DNA from: Mobula birostris
Lineage: Eukaryota
Assembly (NCBI RefSeq): GCF_030028105.1
Contig: NC_092383.1
Location: forward strand, 86,819,921 to 86,883,920
Length of the DNA stretch: 64,000 nucleotides
Direction: 5' to 3'
Numbering within the stretch: position 1 is the stretch's first letter; each line of letters begins with the position of its first letter. Shown piece after piece: positions 63,647 through 64,000 of this stretch. A model generated the notes under the pieces. It was not told the DNA's origin, ran no database searches, and saw only the letters and a program-made list of their open reading frames with translations. A program made the position numbers and the translations under genes.

Positions 63647-64000
63647 TAAGCTGTCACACCTATGCAATGGAATAGAATTCTGACTTTAAACTTCCAGAAG
63701 TGTGTTCCAGTTTAGAGAGGGTGCTGCAGAGTCAAAGAGTTATAGGTCATGGAAACAGGAGCTTCACCCCAAATCATCCATGCTAACTATGGTGTCTTCC
63801 TCAGCTTCTCCCATTTCCCTTCATTTGGCTCATACCAATCTAAATCTTTCCTATATATGATCTTGCCCAAATGTATTTTAAATAGTGTATTTGTATCCAT
63901 CTCTAGCACTTCTCCACATACACACTGCTTTGTGCAGAAAACACTGCCCCTCCAGGGCCTCTCAGACTTTGCCCCCTCACTTTCAGTCTCGGCTCTCTAG

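Overview
Repeat-rich vertebrate genomic DNA. The transposon families suggest a cartilaginous fish, probably a ray (inference). The window holds a tandem array of four paralogous Ig-superfamily receptor units of the CD300/pIgR-like (MDIR-like) type, all on the + strand. Unit A (8921-11761) is a pseudogene: single V exon with two frameshifts, TM and tail exons present, promoter and leader deleted. Unit D (about 21400-22060) is a relic whose leader exon has been inverted. Unit B (28112-47817) looks intact: I assembled 8 exons into 1476 nt of open frame, leader-V-C2-V-C2-short stalk-TM with K/R-short tail lacking Tyr. Unit C begins at 61194; its intron 1 jumps from V1-proximal to V2-proximal sequence, predicting a 2-domain variant beyond the window end. 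Domain number therefore differs between paralogs, with transposon fragments at the junctions. The rest is CR1, Rex1/Babar-like, RTE, Tx1, R4/Dong and Penelope fragments. Notable elements are a near-complete Sleeping Beauty-like Tc1 and a Tigger/pogo nested in a Gypsy relic, a miniature LTR element, and a LINE that appears to carry a tRNA-SINE head. All alignments were done by eye, repeat boundaries are approximate unless a TSD is quoted, and family names come from recalled motifs, not database searches.
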